Assembly: GCA_965208125.1 (NCBI GenBank)
Contig: OZ242320.1
Coordinates: 864,001 to 928,000, forward strand
DNA: 64,000 nucleotides
Origin: Candidatus Latescibacterota bacterium
GTDB taxonomy: Bacteria > Latescibacterota > UBA2968
Direction: 5' to 3'
Below the pieces are notes generated by a model. It ran no database searches and was not told the DNA's origin. It saw only the letters and a program-made list of their open reading frames with translations. Position numbers and translations under genes: made by a program. Below, piece after piece: positions 20,333-35,087 of the stretch. Every line of letters starts with the position of its first letter. Within the stretch, counting starts at the first letter, position 1.

Positions 20333-20956
20333 TCATCTTCCCCTTCGATTCAAACGCCGCCGCGACTTCGCACTCACGCCGATCTCCTTGAGTTTCTCAT
20401 CAAAACGACTCTGCTCTCTACCACCCTGTTTCAACGCCTCAATCTTCTCTGCCAGTTTATTTTGCCGTACCCCAGATCCCTGCACAGCGACCTTCTGATG
20501 CGCGTGGCACAGGGCAATCGCCACGGCATCTGTCGCATCAAATCCCTGATCCACTGCTTCTTTCCCAAGCAATCGCTGGATCATAAACTGCACCTGTTCT
20601 TTGGACGCACCCCCCCGGCCCACAACAGCTCTTTTCACTTCGCGGGGCGAGTACTCAAAAATGGGCAAATCGGAATTGGCCAGCGCCGTCACAATAGCCC
20701 CTCGCGCCTGACATAACTTAATCAGCGATTGTGTATTGACACCGTAAAAAACAGATTCAAGCGCGACTTCATGCGGGCCTGCATCTGCGACCAGCGCGAG
20801 CAAGTGATCGTAGATATAGAGCAAGCGCCGGGGGAAAGACAATTTATTACCGGGTCGAATACAGCCGCATTGCAGCAACCGATTTTTCCGATTCTGGTGC
20901 TCAACCAGACCAAAACCAGTCACCACACTACCCGGATCAATACCCAGAATGATCAC
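20333..20956 (-). CDS. ruvC: Crossover junction endodeoxyribonuclease RuvC
   Basis: ILGIDPGS..TGFG, ALE, YSPREVK..VG.G.ASKEQV, DATDAVAIA. GTG start inferred. Confidence 0.94.
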   Translation of the reverse strand: MIILGIDPGSVVTGFGLVEHQNRKNRLLQCGCIRPGNKLSFPRRLLYIYDHLLALVADAGPHEVALESVFYGVNTQSLIKLCQARGAIVTALANSDLPIFEYSPREVKRAVVGRGGASKEQVQFMIQRLLGKEAVDQGFDATDAVAIALCHAHQKVAVQGSGVRQNKLAEKIEALKQGGREQSRFDEKLKEIGVSAKSRRRLNRRGR

Positions 20957-21050
20957 GCGGACCACCTTTTGAAGTGTGGAATGGTGTACAACTGGTCGCA
21001 GTCCAGACCAGTTCACGATGAAGTGTGAAGTGCGAAGGGGGAGGGGAAAA

Positions 21051-21800
21051 TCAAGCTGTCAGGGCTGATAGTTCACTATCGTCAATCTCAAAATTGGCAT
21101 ATACCCGCTGCACATCGTCATTGTCTTCGAGCATTTCCATCAAGGTTAACAATTGCTGCGCGGTTTTGCCTTCAACGGGCACAGTACTTTGCGGAACGCG
21201 CGTCAATTCAGCGCGTTCAATCTCAATGCCCGCACCTTCAACCGCCTTGCGAACGCTTTCAAAATCGGGCAGGGATGCATAAACTTCATAGACATTCTCT
21301 TCTTCTGCAATATCCTCGGCACCGGCATCCAACACCACCAGCATTATCTCTTCCTCTTCCACACCCTCTTTGGGCACCGAAATCAGCCCCTTTTGCTCAA
21401 ACACCCATGCCACGGCGCCGCTTTCGGCCATACTGCCGTTGTATTTGCTAAACAAATGCCGCACTTCGGACACCGTGCGATTGCGATTATCTGTCAGAGT
21501 TTCAATAAACATGGCCACACCGCCCGGCCCGTACCCCTCGTAAATCGCACCTTCATAAGACTCGCCTTCAAGCTCTCCCGTACCCTTTTTAATCGCGCGA
21601 TCAATATTGACCATGGGCATATTTTCCGCCTTCGCACTCAGAACAGCCGCACGCAGACGAGGGTTATTCGCTTCATCGCCGCCACCCTCGCGGGCAGCCA
21701 CAGTAATCTCTCGAATCAATTTGGTAAACGCCTTGCCTCGAGCCGCATCCTGACGGCTCTTGCGATGCTTGATATTTGCCCATTTAGAATGTCCAGCCAT
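21051..21800 (-). CDS. yebC: YebC/PmpR family protein
   Basis: MAGHSKWANIKHRK, YEGYGPGG, TDNRNRT. Confidence 0.96.
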   Translation of the reverse strand: MAGHSKWANIKHRKSRQDAARGKAFTKLIREITVAAREGGGDEANNPRLRAAVLSAKAENMPMVNIDRAIKKGTGELEGESYEGAIYEGYGPGGVAMFIETLTDNRNRTVSEVRHLFSKYNGSMAESGAVAWVFEQKGLISVPKEGVEEEEIMLVVLDAGAEDIAEEENVYEVYASLPDFESVRKAVEGAGIEIERAELTRVPQSTVPVEGKTAQQLLTLMEMLEDNDDVQRVYANFEIDDSELSALTA

Positions 21801-21889
21801 TCTGCCATACTCCTTTATTTACAGGTCTCCTATTACCTTGATCCAAATGTAGTCAGAAGCCCGCAGTTGTGCAATAGGAAATACGCTAT

Positions 21890-23332
21890 TTACGACGCGC
21901 GAATCTGCAACATATCCATAAATTCCCACACGGGCATCGTATCCAAATCCGAACTTTCAAACACAGCTAAAATATCTCGCACCTGCTGTGCCTCAAACCG
22001 CGTCGTCATATTTTCCACAAACTTTTCCACCAGCAAGGGCGTGGCCTCCTGCCGCCTTCTTCGATGCCCAATGGGATATTCAACCGTCACGGACTCTGTG
22101 GCCGATCCATCTTCGAAAAACACCTGCACAGTATTGGCAATTGACCGCTTGTGCGGGTCGTGATAATTCCGCGTAAACCGCGCGTTTTCCGTCACCACCA
22201 TCTTTTCTCTCAACACATCAATACGCGCGTCCTCAGCGCGCTCCTCTTCATAGTCATCTGCGGTCAAATCGCCAAAAATCAGCCCTATCGCCACCATATA
22301 TTGCAAGCAGTGGTCCCGATCTGCGGGATTGTACAGCGGACCGGTCTTATCGATAATTTTAATAGCCGCTTCGTGGGTCTCAATCGCCACCCGCTCGACT
22401 GCATCCAAACGCGGCGCCACCTCATCGTGCAATGCAAACGCAGCTTCTACCGCTGTCTGTGCGTGAAATTCGGCGGGAAAAGACACCTTGAACAACACAT
22501 TTTCCATCACATAAGAGCCATACAAACGTTGGAACTGAAACCGATCGCCATTCCACAAGCGGTCGTAAAAACCCCACACGGGTGCAGATAGAGCCGTTGG
22601 ATATCCCATCTCACCGCGCCTTGTCTGCAATGCCAAAAATACACCGCGTGCTGTCGCATCTCCCGCCGCCCAACTCTTGCGCGAACCCGTATTGGGCGCA
22701 TGCCGATAGGTTCGCAAAGGCCCCAAATCACACCACACCTGCGACAAGGCATTGACCACCTGCGCCTCATCACAGCCCAACAACCCAGCAGAGACCGCTG
22801 CACTCGCCAACTTCACCAAAATCACATGATCCAGTCCCCGGGCATTAAAACTGTTTTCCAGCGCCATCACGCCCTGAATCTCGTGCGCCTTGATCATCGC
22901 CACGAGCATATCCCGCATCACCAGCCCTTCTCTCCCCTGTGCCCATTGCGTGCGCGACATCCAGTCCGCCACCCCGAGAATTGCACCCAGATTATCCGAA
23001 GGATGGCCCCACTCTGCCGCCAACCACGTATCGTTAAAATCCAGCCAGCGCACCAGTGTCCCAATATTAAACGCGGCAGTCACCGGATCGAGTTCGCAAT
23101 CAGTACCCGGCACCCGCGCACCGTGCGGCACAATTGTTCCCGGCACCACGGGACCGAGCATCTTCGTACACTCAGAAAACCGCAATGCCAGCACCGCACA
23201 CCCCAAACTATCCATCAGACACAAACGAGCCGTCTGAAAAGCCTCTGCGGAGTTCACCTCACAATTCAGCACGTACTGTGCAATAGTCACCAGCTCTCTA
23301 TCCGGTGTCCGATCATCCATGGCAGTCCTCAA
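21890..23332 (-). CDS. prpD: 2-methylcitrate dehydratase
   Basis: [48 protein letters not shown]. Confidence 0.96.
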   Translation of the reverse strand: MRTAMDDRTPDRELVTIAQYVLNCEVNSAEAFQTARLCLMDSLGCAVLALRFSECTKMLGPVVPGTIVPHGARVPGTDCELDPVTAAFNIGTLVRWLDFNDTWLAAEWGHPSDNLGAILGVADWMSRTQWAQGREGLVMRDMLVAMIKAHEIQGVMALENSFNARGLDHVILVKLASAAVSAGLLGCDEAQVVNALSQVWCDLGPLRTYRHAPNTGSRKSWAAGDATARGVFLALQTRRGEMGYPTALSAPVWGFYDRLWNGDRFQFQRLYGSYVMENVLFKVSFPAEFHAQTAVEAAFALHDEVAPRLDAVERVAIETHEAAIKIIDKTGPLYNPADRDHCLQYMVAIGLIFGDLTADDYEEERAEDARIDVLREKMVVTENARFTRNYHDPHKRSIANTVQVFFEDGSATESVTVEYPIGHRRRRQEATPLLVEKFVENMTTRFEAQQVRDILAVFESSDLDTMPVWEFMDMLQIRAS

Positions 23333-23336
23333 ACCA

Positions 23337-24440
23337 TTAACCCCTGTCTTCTATCGGCATATAATCTCGCGCCTCTACCCCCGTGTATTCTGCCAGAGGC
23401 CGAATCAGCCTGTTATCCGCCCGCTGCTCCACCACATGAGCAGCCCAACCGCTACAACGACTGAGCACAAATACAGGTGTGAAAAGCGCCGTCTCGATAC
23501 CAGCCATATGATACGCTGTTGCCGAATAAAAATCCAGATTTGGAAACAATTTTTTTTCATCCCACATAACCCGCTCAATCACTTCAGAAATCTCGTACAG
23601 ACGCATATCGCCCATTGCTTCACTCACCTGACGCGCCCAATCTTTAATAATCGCATTGCGCGGATCTCGCACGCGGTAAACCCCGTGCCCAAACCCCATA
23701 ATCAATTCTCTGCGCGCCAGCATCTCTCGCACACCTGTTGCCGCGTCTTCGGAGGTCTCGAACTGCTCGATCAATTCCATTGCCCGCTCGTTCGCGCCCC
23801 CGTGCAAAGGCCCGCTCAAAGTGCCAATTGCCCCGGTAATACATCCATAAAAATCGGCAAGCGTAGAAGCGCATACTCTCGCCGTGAATGTCGAGGCATT
23901 AAACTCGTGCTCGGCATACAAAATCAACGACGCATCCATCAGCCGACATTCCAACTCCGAAGGCACCTCCTCTTTGAGCATATGCAAAATATAAGTCGCG
24001 TGCTCATCCACATCCACATCCAAAACATCAGTCCCTATATGCCAGACCCCCAGCATAGAGGGCAACGCTCCTAAAAGCCTTACAGCCACAGCCTCACCAT
24101 CTGCCAAATCTCGCTCTGGCTCGGCAATGCCAAGCGCCGATACACCGGTTCGCAAAACATCCATCGGATGTGCATCTGAAGGCAGCGAACTCAGAATCCG
24201 CACAACCAGATCTGGCAACTGCCGGTGCGCCCGCAACTGCGTTTTCAATGCATCCAATTCCCTTTGAGTAGGCAGTGTATCCCACAACAGCAAATGCACA
24301 ATTTCCTCAAAACAGGCATATTGTGCCAGGTCTTCAATAGCATAGCCCCGATAGTGCAAACCGTGACCTTCCGCCCCCACAGTACAAATCGACGTACTAC
24401 CAGCCTTAACACCTCTCAAGCCTGTCGTCTGTTTGCTCAC
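23337..24440 (-). CDS. prpC: 2-methylcitrate synthase
   Basis: [31 protein letters not shown]; lies between prpB and prpD. Confidence 0.92.
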   Translation of the reverse strand: MSKQTTGLRGVKAGSTSICTVGAEGHGLHYRGYAIEDLAQYACFEEIVHLLLWDTLPTQRELDALKTQLRAHRQLPDLVVRILSSLPSDAHPMDVLRTGVSALGIAEPERDLADGEAVAVRLLGALPSMLGVWHIGTDVLDVDVDEHATYILHMLKEEVPSELECRLMDASLILYAEHEFNASTFTARVCASTLADFYGCITGAIGTLSGPLHGGANERAMELIEQFETSEDAATGVREMLARRELIMGFGHGVYRVRDPRNAIIKDWARQVSEAMGDMRLYEISEVIERVMWDEKKLFPNLDFYSATAYHMAGIETALFTPVFVLSRCSGWAAHVVEQRADNRLIRPLAEYTGVEARDYMPIEDRG

Positions 24441-24463
24441 AATATCCTCCTATCATGTCGGTC

Positions 24464-24500
24464 AAAAAAAGGTCGTGAGCATTTTCACTCACGACCTTTT
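24464..24500 (-). terminator. Hairpin/terminator-like element between prpB and prpC
   Basis: Minus strand aaaaggtcgtgag-tgaaaatg-ctcacgacctttttt. Confidence 0.55.
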
Positions 24501-24523
24501 CTCGCAAAATCTCCTCAGGTGAT

Positions 24524-25399
24524 TCACGCGCCATAAATTCGATTAACCTGCGCCTCATACCTGTAATAATCCAGCAATTCGTAAAGTTCTTCCCGCGTCT
24601 GCATCTCGTTTATCAACGTCCCCTGTGCGCCCTGTGTCCGCAGCGTTTTATACGCCCGATAAGCAACTGCATTCATCATTCTAAACGCCGTGAGAGGATA
24701 CAGCACCATGGCGACACCCGCACCTCTCATCTCGTCCAGATCAAACAGAGGCGTTTGCCCAAACTCGGTGAGATTCGCCAGCACGGGTACAGAGAGATTA
24801 TGGGCAAAGCTGTGGAAATCCTCCAGTGAACACAAGCTCTCTGCAAAAATCGCATCCGCACCGGCAGCAATGTATTCCTGGGCGCGATTGAGTCCGCACG
24901 CCAGACCTTCATTGGCTACGGAATCCGTTCGCGCCATAATCACAAACTCTCTGTCTGACCGCGCATCAACTGCTGCCTTGATTCGGTCGCACATCTCATC
25001 GGCAGGTACCACCTGCTTTCCGGGGCGATGTCCACAGCGTTTTTGCAATACCTGGTCTTCAATATGAACAGCGGCAACGCCAATTTTTTCCAGCGTCTTT
25101 ACCGCGCGACCAATCGAAAAAGAAGTGCCACCGAACCCGGTATCGATGTCAACCAGCAGCGGCAAATCCACCACATCTGTAATCCGCCGGGCATCCTCGA
25201 CCACATTATCCAGCGTTGTAATACCCAAATCGGGCAAACCATAAGAAGCAGCAGCCACGCCCGAACCGGAAAGATAAAGCGCGCGAAATCCCGCTTGTTT
25301 TGCCATCAGCGCAGATACGGCATTGATGGTACCCACAATTTGCAAGGGTCGTTCGGCATCCAGTGCCGCCCTGAACCTGCGCCCGGCTGACATCACCAT
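24524..25399 (-). CDS. prpB: 2-methylisocitrate lyase
   Basis: YLSGSG, VDIDTGFG, KRCGH, MQTREELY. Confidence 0.95.
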   Translation of the reverse strand: MVMSAGRRFRAALDAERPLQIVGTINAVSALMAKQAGFRALYLSGSGVAAASYGLPDLGITTLDNVVEDARRITDVVDLPLLVDIDTGFGGTSFSIGRAVKTLEKIGVAAVHIEDQVLQKRCGHRPGKQVVPADEMCDRIKAAVDARSDREFVIMARTDSVANEGLACGLNRAQEYIAAGADAIFAESLCSLEDFHSFAHNLSVPVLANLTEFGQTPLFDLDEMRGAGVAMVLYPLTAFRMMNAVAYRAYKTLRTQGAQGTLINEMQTREELYELLDYYRYEAQVNRIYGA

Positions 25400-25403
25400 C
25401 TCC

Positions 25404-27485
25404 TCACGCTTCTACCAACTCGCGATCGTGTTCGGACTCCTCAATAACCTTTTGCGTCACATCGTGAGGAGCAGACTCATAGTGGGAAAACGCCATGGTA
25501 TAATCGCCTGTGCCCTGCGTCATAGAACGAAGAGAAGTCGAATACTTATAAAGATCGGCCAGCGGAACTTCGGCGTGAATAACCTGGAAATTACCTTCGG
25601 GATCCATGCCTTGAATACGCCCGCGTCGCCCATTGAGATCCGCCATCACATCTCCCATATAGGAATCGGGAACAACGACGCGAACCTTATAGATGGGTTC
25701 TAACAAAATGGGTCTGGCATCCATAAATGCATTTTGAAATGCGAAAGAACCGGCCAGCTTAAAAGCCATATCAGAAGAGTCAACCGGATGGAAAGACCCA
25801 TCGTAAACCGTGACCTGTGTATCGACAACGGGATATCCGGCGAGCACACCGCGTTGCATGCATTCCACAACACCTTTTTCAACAGCCGGAATAAATTTTC
25901 CGGGAATCGCACCGCCTACAACCTCGTCTATAAATTCGAAACCATCACCGCGCTGCCTGGGCGCAATGCGCAAATAAGCTTCGCCATATTGACCGCGCCC
26001 ACCGCTTTGTTTTCTGTGCCGATACTGAGCTTCTGCACGCGAAAGAATGGTCTCGCGGTACGGTATTCTCGGTTCGGCCACTTCTATATCCACGCCAAAC
26101 TTGCTCTTCAACTTGTCAAACACAACCGTCAAGTGCAACTCGCCCTGTCCCTGCGCAATAATCTGACGCAATTCCGAGTCATACCCGGCGACAAAGCTCG
26201 GATCTTCTTCGTGAATGCTTTGCAATCCCGCGCTAATTTTGTCTTCGTCGCCTCGTGATTTGGGTTCTACGGCCACGCGAATCAAAGGGTGTGGAAATTC
26301 GACCGGCTGAATTTGCAAGCGCGTGTTTCTGCTGCAAAGGGTATTGCCCGTATGCGTGTCCTTTAGCTTGATCAACGCGCCAATATCACCTGCGCCCACA
26401 ACGTCCATATCCTCGCGCTTTCCGCCACTCATCGAATAAATTTGACCGATGCGCTCACTGGCTCGGCGATTGGGATTAAATACATCGTCACCAGATTGGA
26501 CACTGCCGGAATACACGCGCAAAAATGACAGATCACCTACAGACTCGGAAATCGTTTTGAACACCACGGCAGCCAGAGGATCACCATCGCTTACAGTAAG
26601 TGCTACTTCTTCTTCGGATCCTTCTTTATAGGCTGTGGGAATTGGCAAGTCGAGCGGACCGGGTGCGAATGCAGAAAGAAAATCGAGCAATAAATCAACA
26701 CCGATATTTTTGTTGGCGGCACTCACAAAAATGGGAAACAAAGTGCGATTGACCATCCCAATTTTTAATCCTTGTGCGATCTCTTCGTCTGTCAATTCCC
26801 CTTCTTCTAAATAGCGCTCAATCAGATCATCATCGCTTTCTGCCGCCCCTTCAACCACCTGTTCCCTCAAGTCCTCAGCCTGGTCTTGCCATTCCTCGGG
26901 AATCTCTGAAGCCTCGGCTTTGCCATCGGTATAGGTTACCAATTTCATCTGCAAAATATCGATGATCTGATTAAACCCCTCGCCGACATTGACCGGAATC
27001 TGAAAGGGAACAGCCCCATTTCCAAAATGCTCCTGGATTGCCGCAAGCGCACCATCGCAATCGGCAAATTCCCGATTGACGTGATTGATTAAAAACACAG
27101 TTGCGCGATTAAATTCATCGGCAAAACCAAACGCCTTATCTGTTCCAATCTCTACACCACTGGACGCATTGACCAGCGTAAGGGCAATATCAGATGCCCA
27201 AATCGCAGCTTTGGCATCGCCAATAAAGTCGGCATAACCCGGAGCATCCAAAATATTCATTTTGGTACCCTTCCAATCGCAGTGCAACATGGATGTACTG
27301 ATAGAGATTTGGCGCTCAATCTCCGCATCGGTATAATCCGACATCGTATTTCCTTCATCGACTACCCCGAGTCGATTGGTCGCACCAGCAGAAAACACCA
27401 TGGCTTCGGCAACGGACGTCTTGCCCGTGCCGCCGTGACCCGAGAGGGCGATGTTCCTGATATTTTCAGGTGTATATCTATTCAC
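25404..27485 (-). CDS. fusA: Elongation factor G paralogue (EF-G2-like)
   Basis: Full EF-G architecture (KQSGGRGQYG, GSFHPVDSS, LLEP) with divergent G motifs. GTG start after AAGGAGG; not in the str operon. Confidence 0.88.
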   Translation of the reverse strand: MNRYTPENIRNIALSGHGGTGKTSVAEAMVFSAGATNRLGVVDEGNTMSDYTDAEIERQISISTSMLHCDWKGTKMNILDAPGYADFIGDAKAAIWASDIALTLVNASSGVEIGTDKAFGFADEFNRATVFLINHVNREFADCDGALAAIQEHFGNGAVPFQIPVNVGEGFNQIIDILQMKLVTYTDGKAEASEIPEEWQDQAEDLREQVVEGAAESDDDLIERYLEEGELTDEEIAQGLKIGMVNRTLFPIFVSAANKNIGVDLLLDFLSAFAPGPLDLPIPTAYKEGSEEEVALTVSDGDPLAAVVFKTISESVGDLSFLRVYSGSVQSGDDVFNPNRRASERIGQIYSMSGGKREDMDVVGAGDIGALIKLKDTHTGNTLCSRNTRLQIQPVEFPHPLIRVAVEPKSRGDEDKISAGLQSIHEEDPSFVAGYDSELRQIIAQGQGELHLTVVFDKLKSKFGVDIEVAEPRIPYRETILSRAEAQYRHRKQSGGRGQYGEAYLRIAPRQRGDGFEFIDEVVGGAIPGKFIPAVEKGVVECMQRGVLAGYPVVDTQVTVYDGSFHPVDSSDMAFKLAGSFAFQNAFMDARPILLEPIYKVRVVVPDSYMGDVMADLNGRRGRIQGMDPEGNFQVIHAEVPLADLYKYSTSLRSMTQGTGDYTMAFSHYESAPHDVTQKVIEESEHDRELVEA

Positions 27486-27596
27486 AGTAACCTCCTTAAT
27501 ACCTATTAAATACTCGTTTTGAAATTCGAAAAATAAGGCGCGTATAATTGCAAAACAAACGGGTTTTGTCAAGCACTCTTTTGATCTTGTATAACA

Positions 27597-27633
27597 CAAA
27601 AAAAGCCCGGATTTTTATGTCCGAGCTTTTTTT
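27597..27633 (-). terminator. rrn operon terminator
   Basis: aaaaaagcccgga/tccgagcttttttt hairpin just downstream of 5S. Confidence 0.7.
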
Positions 27634-27635
27634 AA

Positions 27636-27753
<118 letters not shown>

Positions 27754-27829
27754 AAAATTTAATTGAATGTGAATTGAGCATCAAACAACCAAACAAAGCA
27801 CAGAAGCGATCTGCTGAAAAATGTTAAAA

Positions 27830-30858
<3,029 letters not shown>

Positions 30859-30986
30859 AAAACAGGTTTTCAGCAGATCACTACTGTGCTCTGCAAAGAA
30901 TCCATACTTCAGTTTGGCAAATTGTGTATACCCAATTCATATTCAATTGTCAAAGAGCAGTTACAAATTCTGTTAAAATACAACTT

Positions 30987-31062
30987 TGGTGGAGATAACC
31001 GGGATCGAACCGGTGACCTCCGGCTTGCAAAGCCGGCGCTCTCCCGTCTGAGCTATATCCCC
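30987..31062 (-). tRNA. tRNA-Ala(TGC)
   Basis: ggggatatagctcag..ttgcaa..ttcgatccc..ctccacca; located in the ITS. Confidence 0.95.
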
Positions 31063-31079
31063 AAATATTTTAATTATTT

Positions 31080-31156
31080 TGGTGGGCCTAAGTGGAGTTG
31101 AACCACTGACCTCGCGCTTATCAGGCGCGCGCTCTAACCAACTGAGCTATAGGCCC
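31080..31156 (-). tRNA. tRNA-Ile(GAT)
   Basis: gggcctatagctcag..ctgataa..ttcaact..ggcccacca; located in the ITS. Confidence 0.95.
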
Positions 31157-31272
31157 GCCTTAAAAAGCCGGGAAAAATCCCGGCTTTAAAAACCAAATAA
31201 CGTGCACATGCCAAACCTGGTATTGACCTTAGGAGTAGATGTAAGCGCCTGTAGCCTTACATCGCGTCTCCC

Positions 31273-32822
<1,550 letters not shown>

Positions 32823-32927
32823 AAAAATGAGAGAGCCCATATTATGGGCTTTTTTTGCAAATTACTGAAATTCTCAAGAAACCTTGAGAACCTACCAAGC
32901 TTTTGAATAACACATGCACGTTATTTG

Positions 32928-33074
32928 ATTTTCAAAGAACAAAATAGGCACTTTTGACTTACGAAGTGCCGGTAAGGGGTAAATCTATCAAATCGACTTT
33001 CGCAAGTCAAGCAAAATTCTGCACCATTTTGGGTGTAGAGCGCGAAATATATAAAATAGAACCTCGAATGTCAA
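32928..33074 (-). promoter_or_regulatory. Tandem rrn promoters P1/P2 and boxA
   Basis: TTGACA(33074-33069)-17-TATATT; TTGACT(33010-33005)-17-TAGATT; boxA tgttctttgaaaa near 32941-32928. A second boxA tgctctttgacaa lies in the ITS near 30959-30947. Confidence 0.7.
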
Positions 33075-33080
33075 ATCTTT

Positions 33081-33563
33081 TTAGAAAAACTCCCCTCTCA
33101 CACGACCTTCTTCAACATCTGCTTCGCCATCAAACTGCCTCAAATAGCGCACTGCCCGCTCCATATCTTTTTTTACCCAGGCGTCGGGTTCAGATGCCAT
33201 AGCGCGTTCAAGTGCTGAAATAGCTTCAGGCTCTTCAATTTGCATCAATGTCCATGCGACAATCTGGCGCACATCCCGGTCTTTATCTCCAAGCATTCGG
33301 ATCAGATCGCGCAATGCCTCCTTCGCCCGCAACATACCCAATGCCCAGGCGGCCTTTGTGCGCACAGATGTGACAGTGTCGCGCAAAGCAGCGCGCAAAT
33401 GGGGAACAGCTTCAAAAACACGCTGTGCACCCAAAAAAGCAGCCGCATCAACGCGCTGATCAACTGAACCCGATCGCAATTGCCGAAGATAATCGCCGTG
33501 TGGAGAGCTACAGCCACATAAGAAAAGCAAAAGTACCGGCAGTATTTTTTTTAATTTATACAT
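33081..33563 (-). CDS. HEAT-repeat (PBS lyase-like) lipoprotein
   Basis: Lipobox LCGC; [10 protein letters not shown] and [10 protein letters not shown] repeats. Confidence 0.82.
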   Translation of the reverse strand: MYKLKKILPVLLLFLCGCSSPHGDYLRQLRSGSVDQRVDAAAFLGAQRVFEAVPHLRAALRDTVTSVRTKAAWALGMLRAKEALRDLIRMLGDKDRDVRQIVAWTLMQIEEPEAISALERAMASEPDAWVKKDMERAVRYLRQFDGEADVEEGRVRGEFF

Positions 33564-34840
33564 GCTTTTAGAGCTTCGTAATTTGCCTTTATAGTCTTGT
33601 CAATATCCGCATCAGAATGAGCCAGAGAGACAAACGCAGCCTCAAACTGCGACGGAGCCAGATAAACACCGCGATTGAGCATCTCTCGAAAATACCGGGC
33701 GAACAAATCCTGATCACACGCATTGGCAGCATCAAATGACGTCACAGGTACTTCCGTAAAAAACAAGGTCATAATCGAACCCATCCGATTGGTTTGATAT
33801 TTCAATCCCAGAGCTTTTAAGTTTTCCAGAATACCCGTCTCCAGAGCCTGCGCTTTTGCCTCCAATGCGTCGTAAACACCCGGTTCCTGCAATCGTCGGA
33901 GTGTCTCGTATCCCGCTGTCATCGCCAGGGGATTGCCCGACAATGTGCCGGCCTGCGACACCATTTTTCCCAGAGGCGAAATATCTGACATAATTTCTCG
34001 CCTGCCGCCAAAAGCACCAACGGGCAGCCCACCGCCAATAATCTTTCCCAAAGTCGTCAAGTCGGGCGTCACCCCATAAAGCTCCTGCGCACCACCACAA
34101 CTAACGCGAAACCCGGTGATGACCTCATCAAAAATCAACACAATATCCATTTCTGCCGTTATATCTCGCAAGCCTTGCAAAAAACCCGACACTGGCGGAA
34201 TCACCCCCATATTGCCCGCCACAGGCTCAACAATAACAGCAGCGATTTCATCCCTATTTTCCACAACGGCTTTTTCAACAGCTTCCAGATCATTAAAAGG
34301 CACAGTAATCGAATCCGCTGCAGTTCCAGGTGTAACTCCCGGACTGCTCGGCGCGCCCATCGTGAGTGCTGAAGACCCCGCCTGAATCAGAAAACTATCG
34401 GCATGCCCGTGCCAGCATCCCTCAAATTTGACAATTTTGTTTCGCCCCGTGTGTCCGCGAGCCAGCCGAATAGCCGACATCGTGGCTTCGGTACCCGAAT
34501 TTACCATCCGCACCATTTCCACGCTCGGCACCATTTCAGTGACCAATTGGGCCATCTTCACTTCGATTTCAGTTGGCGCGCCAAAACTCGTACCCCCAAC
34601 AGCCGCTGCATTGACAGCCGCGACAATTTCCGGATGTGCATGGCCCAAAATAAGCGGTCCCCAGGACCCCACAAAATCGATATAAGATGCCCCATCGGCA
34701 TCGACAATTCGCGCCCCCTCACCTTTCACAATAAAGAGCGGATCACCACCTACGGGACCAAATGCTCTTGCGGGACTGTTCACACCGCCGGGAATCACCT
34801 GTTTTGCTGCGTCAAATAGCGCTTTTGAACGCGTACTCAA
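33551..34840 (-). CDS. hemL: Glutamate-1-semialdehyde 2,1-aminomutase
   Basis: [46 protein letters not shown]. Confidence 0.97.
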   Translation of the reverse strand: MSTRSKALFDAAKQVIPGGVNSPARAFGPVGGDPLFIVKGEGARIVDADGASYIDFVGSWGPLILGHAHPEIVAAVNAAAVGGTSFGAPTEIEVKMAQLVTEMVPSVEMVRMVNSGTEATMSAIRLARGHTGRNKIVKFEGCWHGHADSFLIQAGSSALTMGAPSSPGVTPGTAADSITVPFNDLEAVEKAVVENRDEIAAVIVEPVAGNMGVIPPVSGFLQGLRDITAEMDIVLIFDEVITGFRVSCGGAQELYGVTPDLTTLGKIIGGGLPVGAFGGRREIMSDISPLGKMVSQAGTLSGNPLAMTAGYETLRRLQEPGVYDALEAKAQALETGILENLKALGLKYQTNRMGSIMTLFFTEVPVTSFDAANACDQDLFARYFREMLNRGVYLAPSQFEAAFVSLAHSDADIDKTIKANYEALKACIN

Positions 34841-34959
34841 ATTACACCTCCGTGAGAAGACAAATGGAATTTCAAGACAACATCTTAATTACACCTCTCA
34901 CTGTCAAGCTAATTCATCCACTTGCAAAACACGACCACAATCCGTATATTATTTGCACA

Positions 34960-35033
34960 GCGGCAGTAGCTCAATTGGACAGAGCATCTGGCTTCGGACC
35001 AGAGGGTTGGGGGTTCGAGTCCTCTCTGCCGCA
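34960..35033 (+). tRNA. tRNA-Arg(TCG), CCA not encoded
   Basis: gcggcagtagctcaattggacagagca-tctgg-cttcgga-ccaga-gggttgggggttcgagtcctctctgccgca. Confidence 0.9.
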
Positions 35034-35041
35034 CTTTATTT

Positions 35042-35075
35042 TTCAGGCACTTAATTTTAAGTGCCTGAATTTTTT
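35042..35075 (+). terminator. Terminator after tRNA-Arg
   Basis: ttcaggcacttaa/ttaagtgcctgaa followed by T tract. Confidence 0.7.
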
Positions 35076-35087
35076 ATCATCACACCT

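Noticed and set aside
34960-35033. tRNA-Arg as the island integration site
   Set aside because: It is followed by uvrA and rfbB; no integrase or duplicated tRNA 3' end was found by eye.
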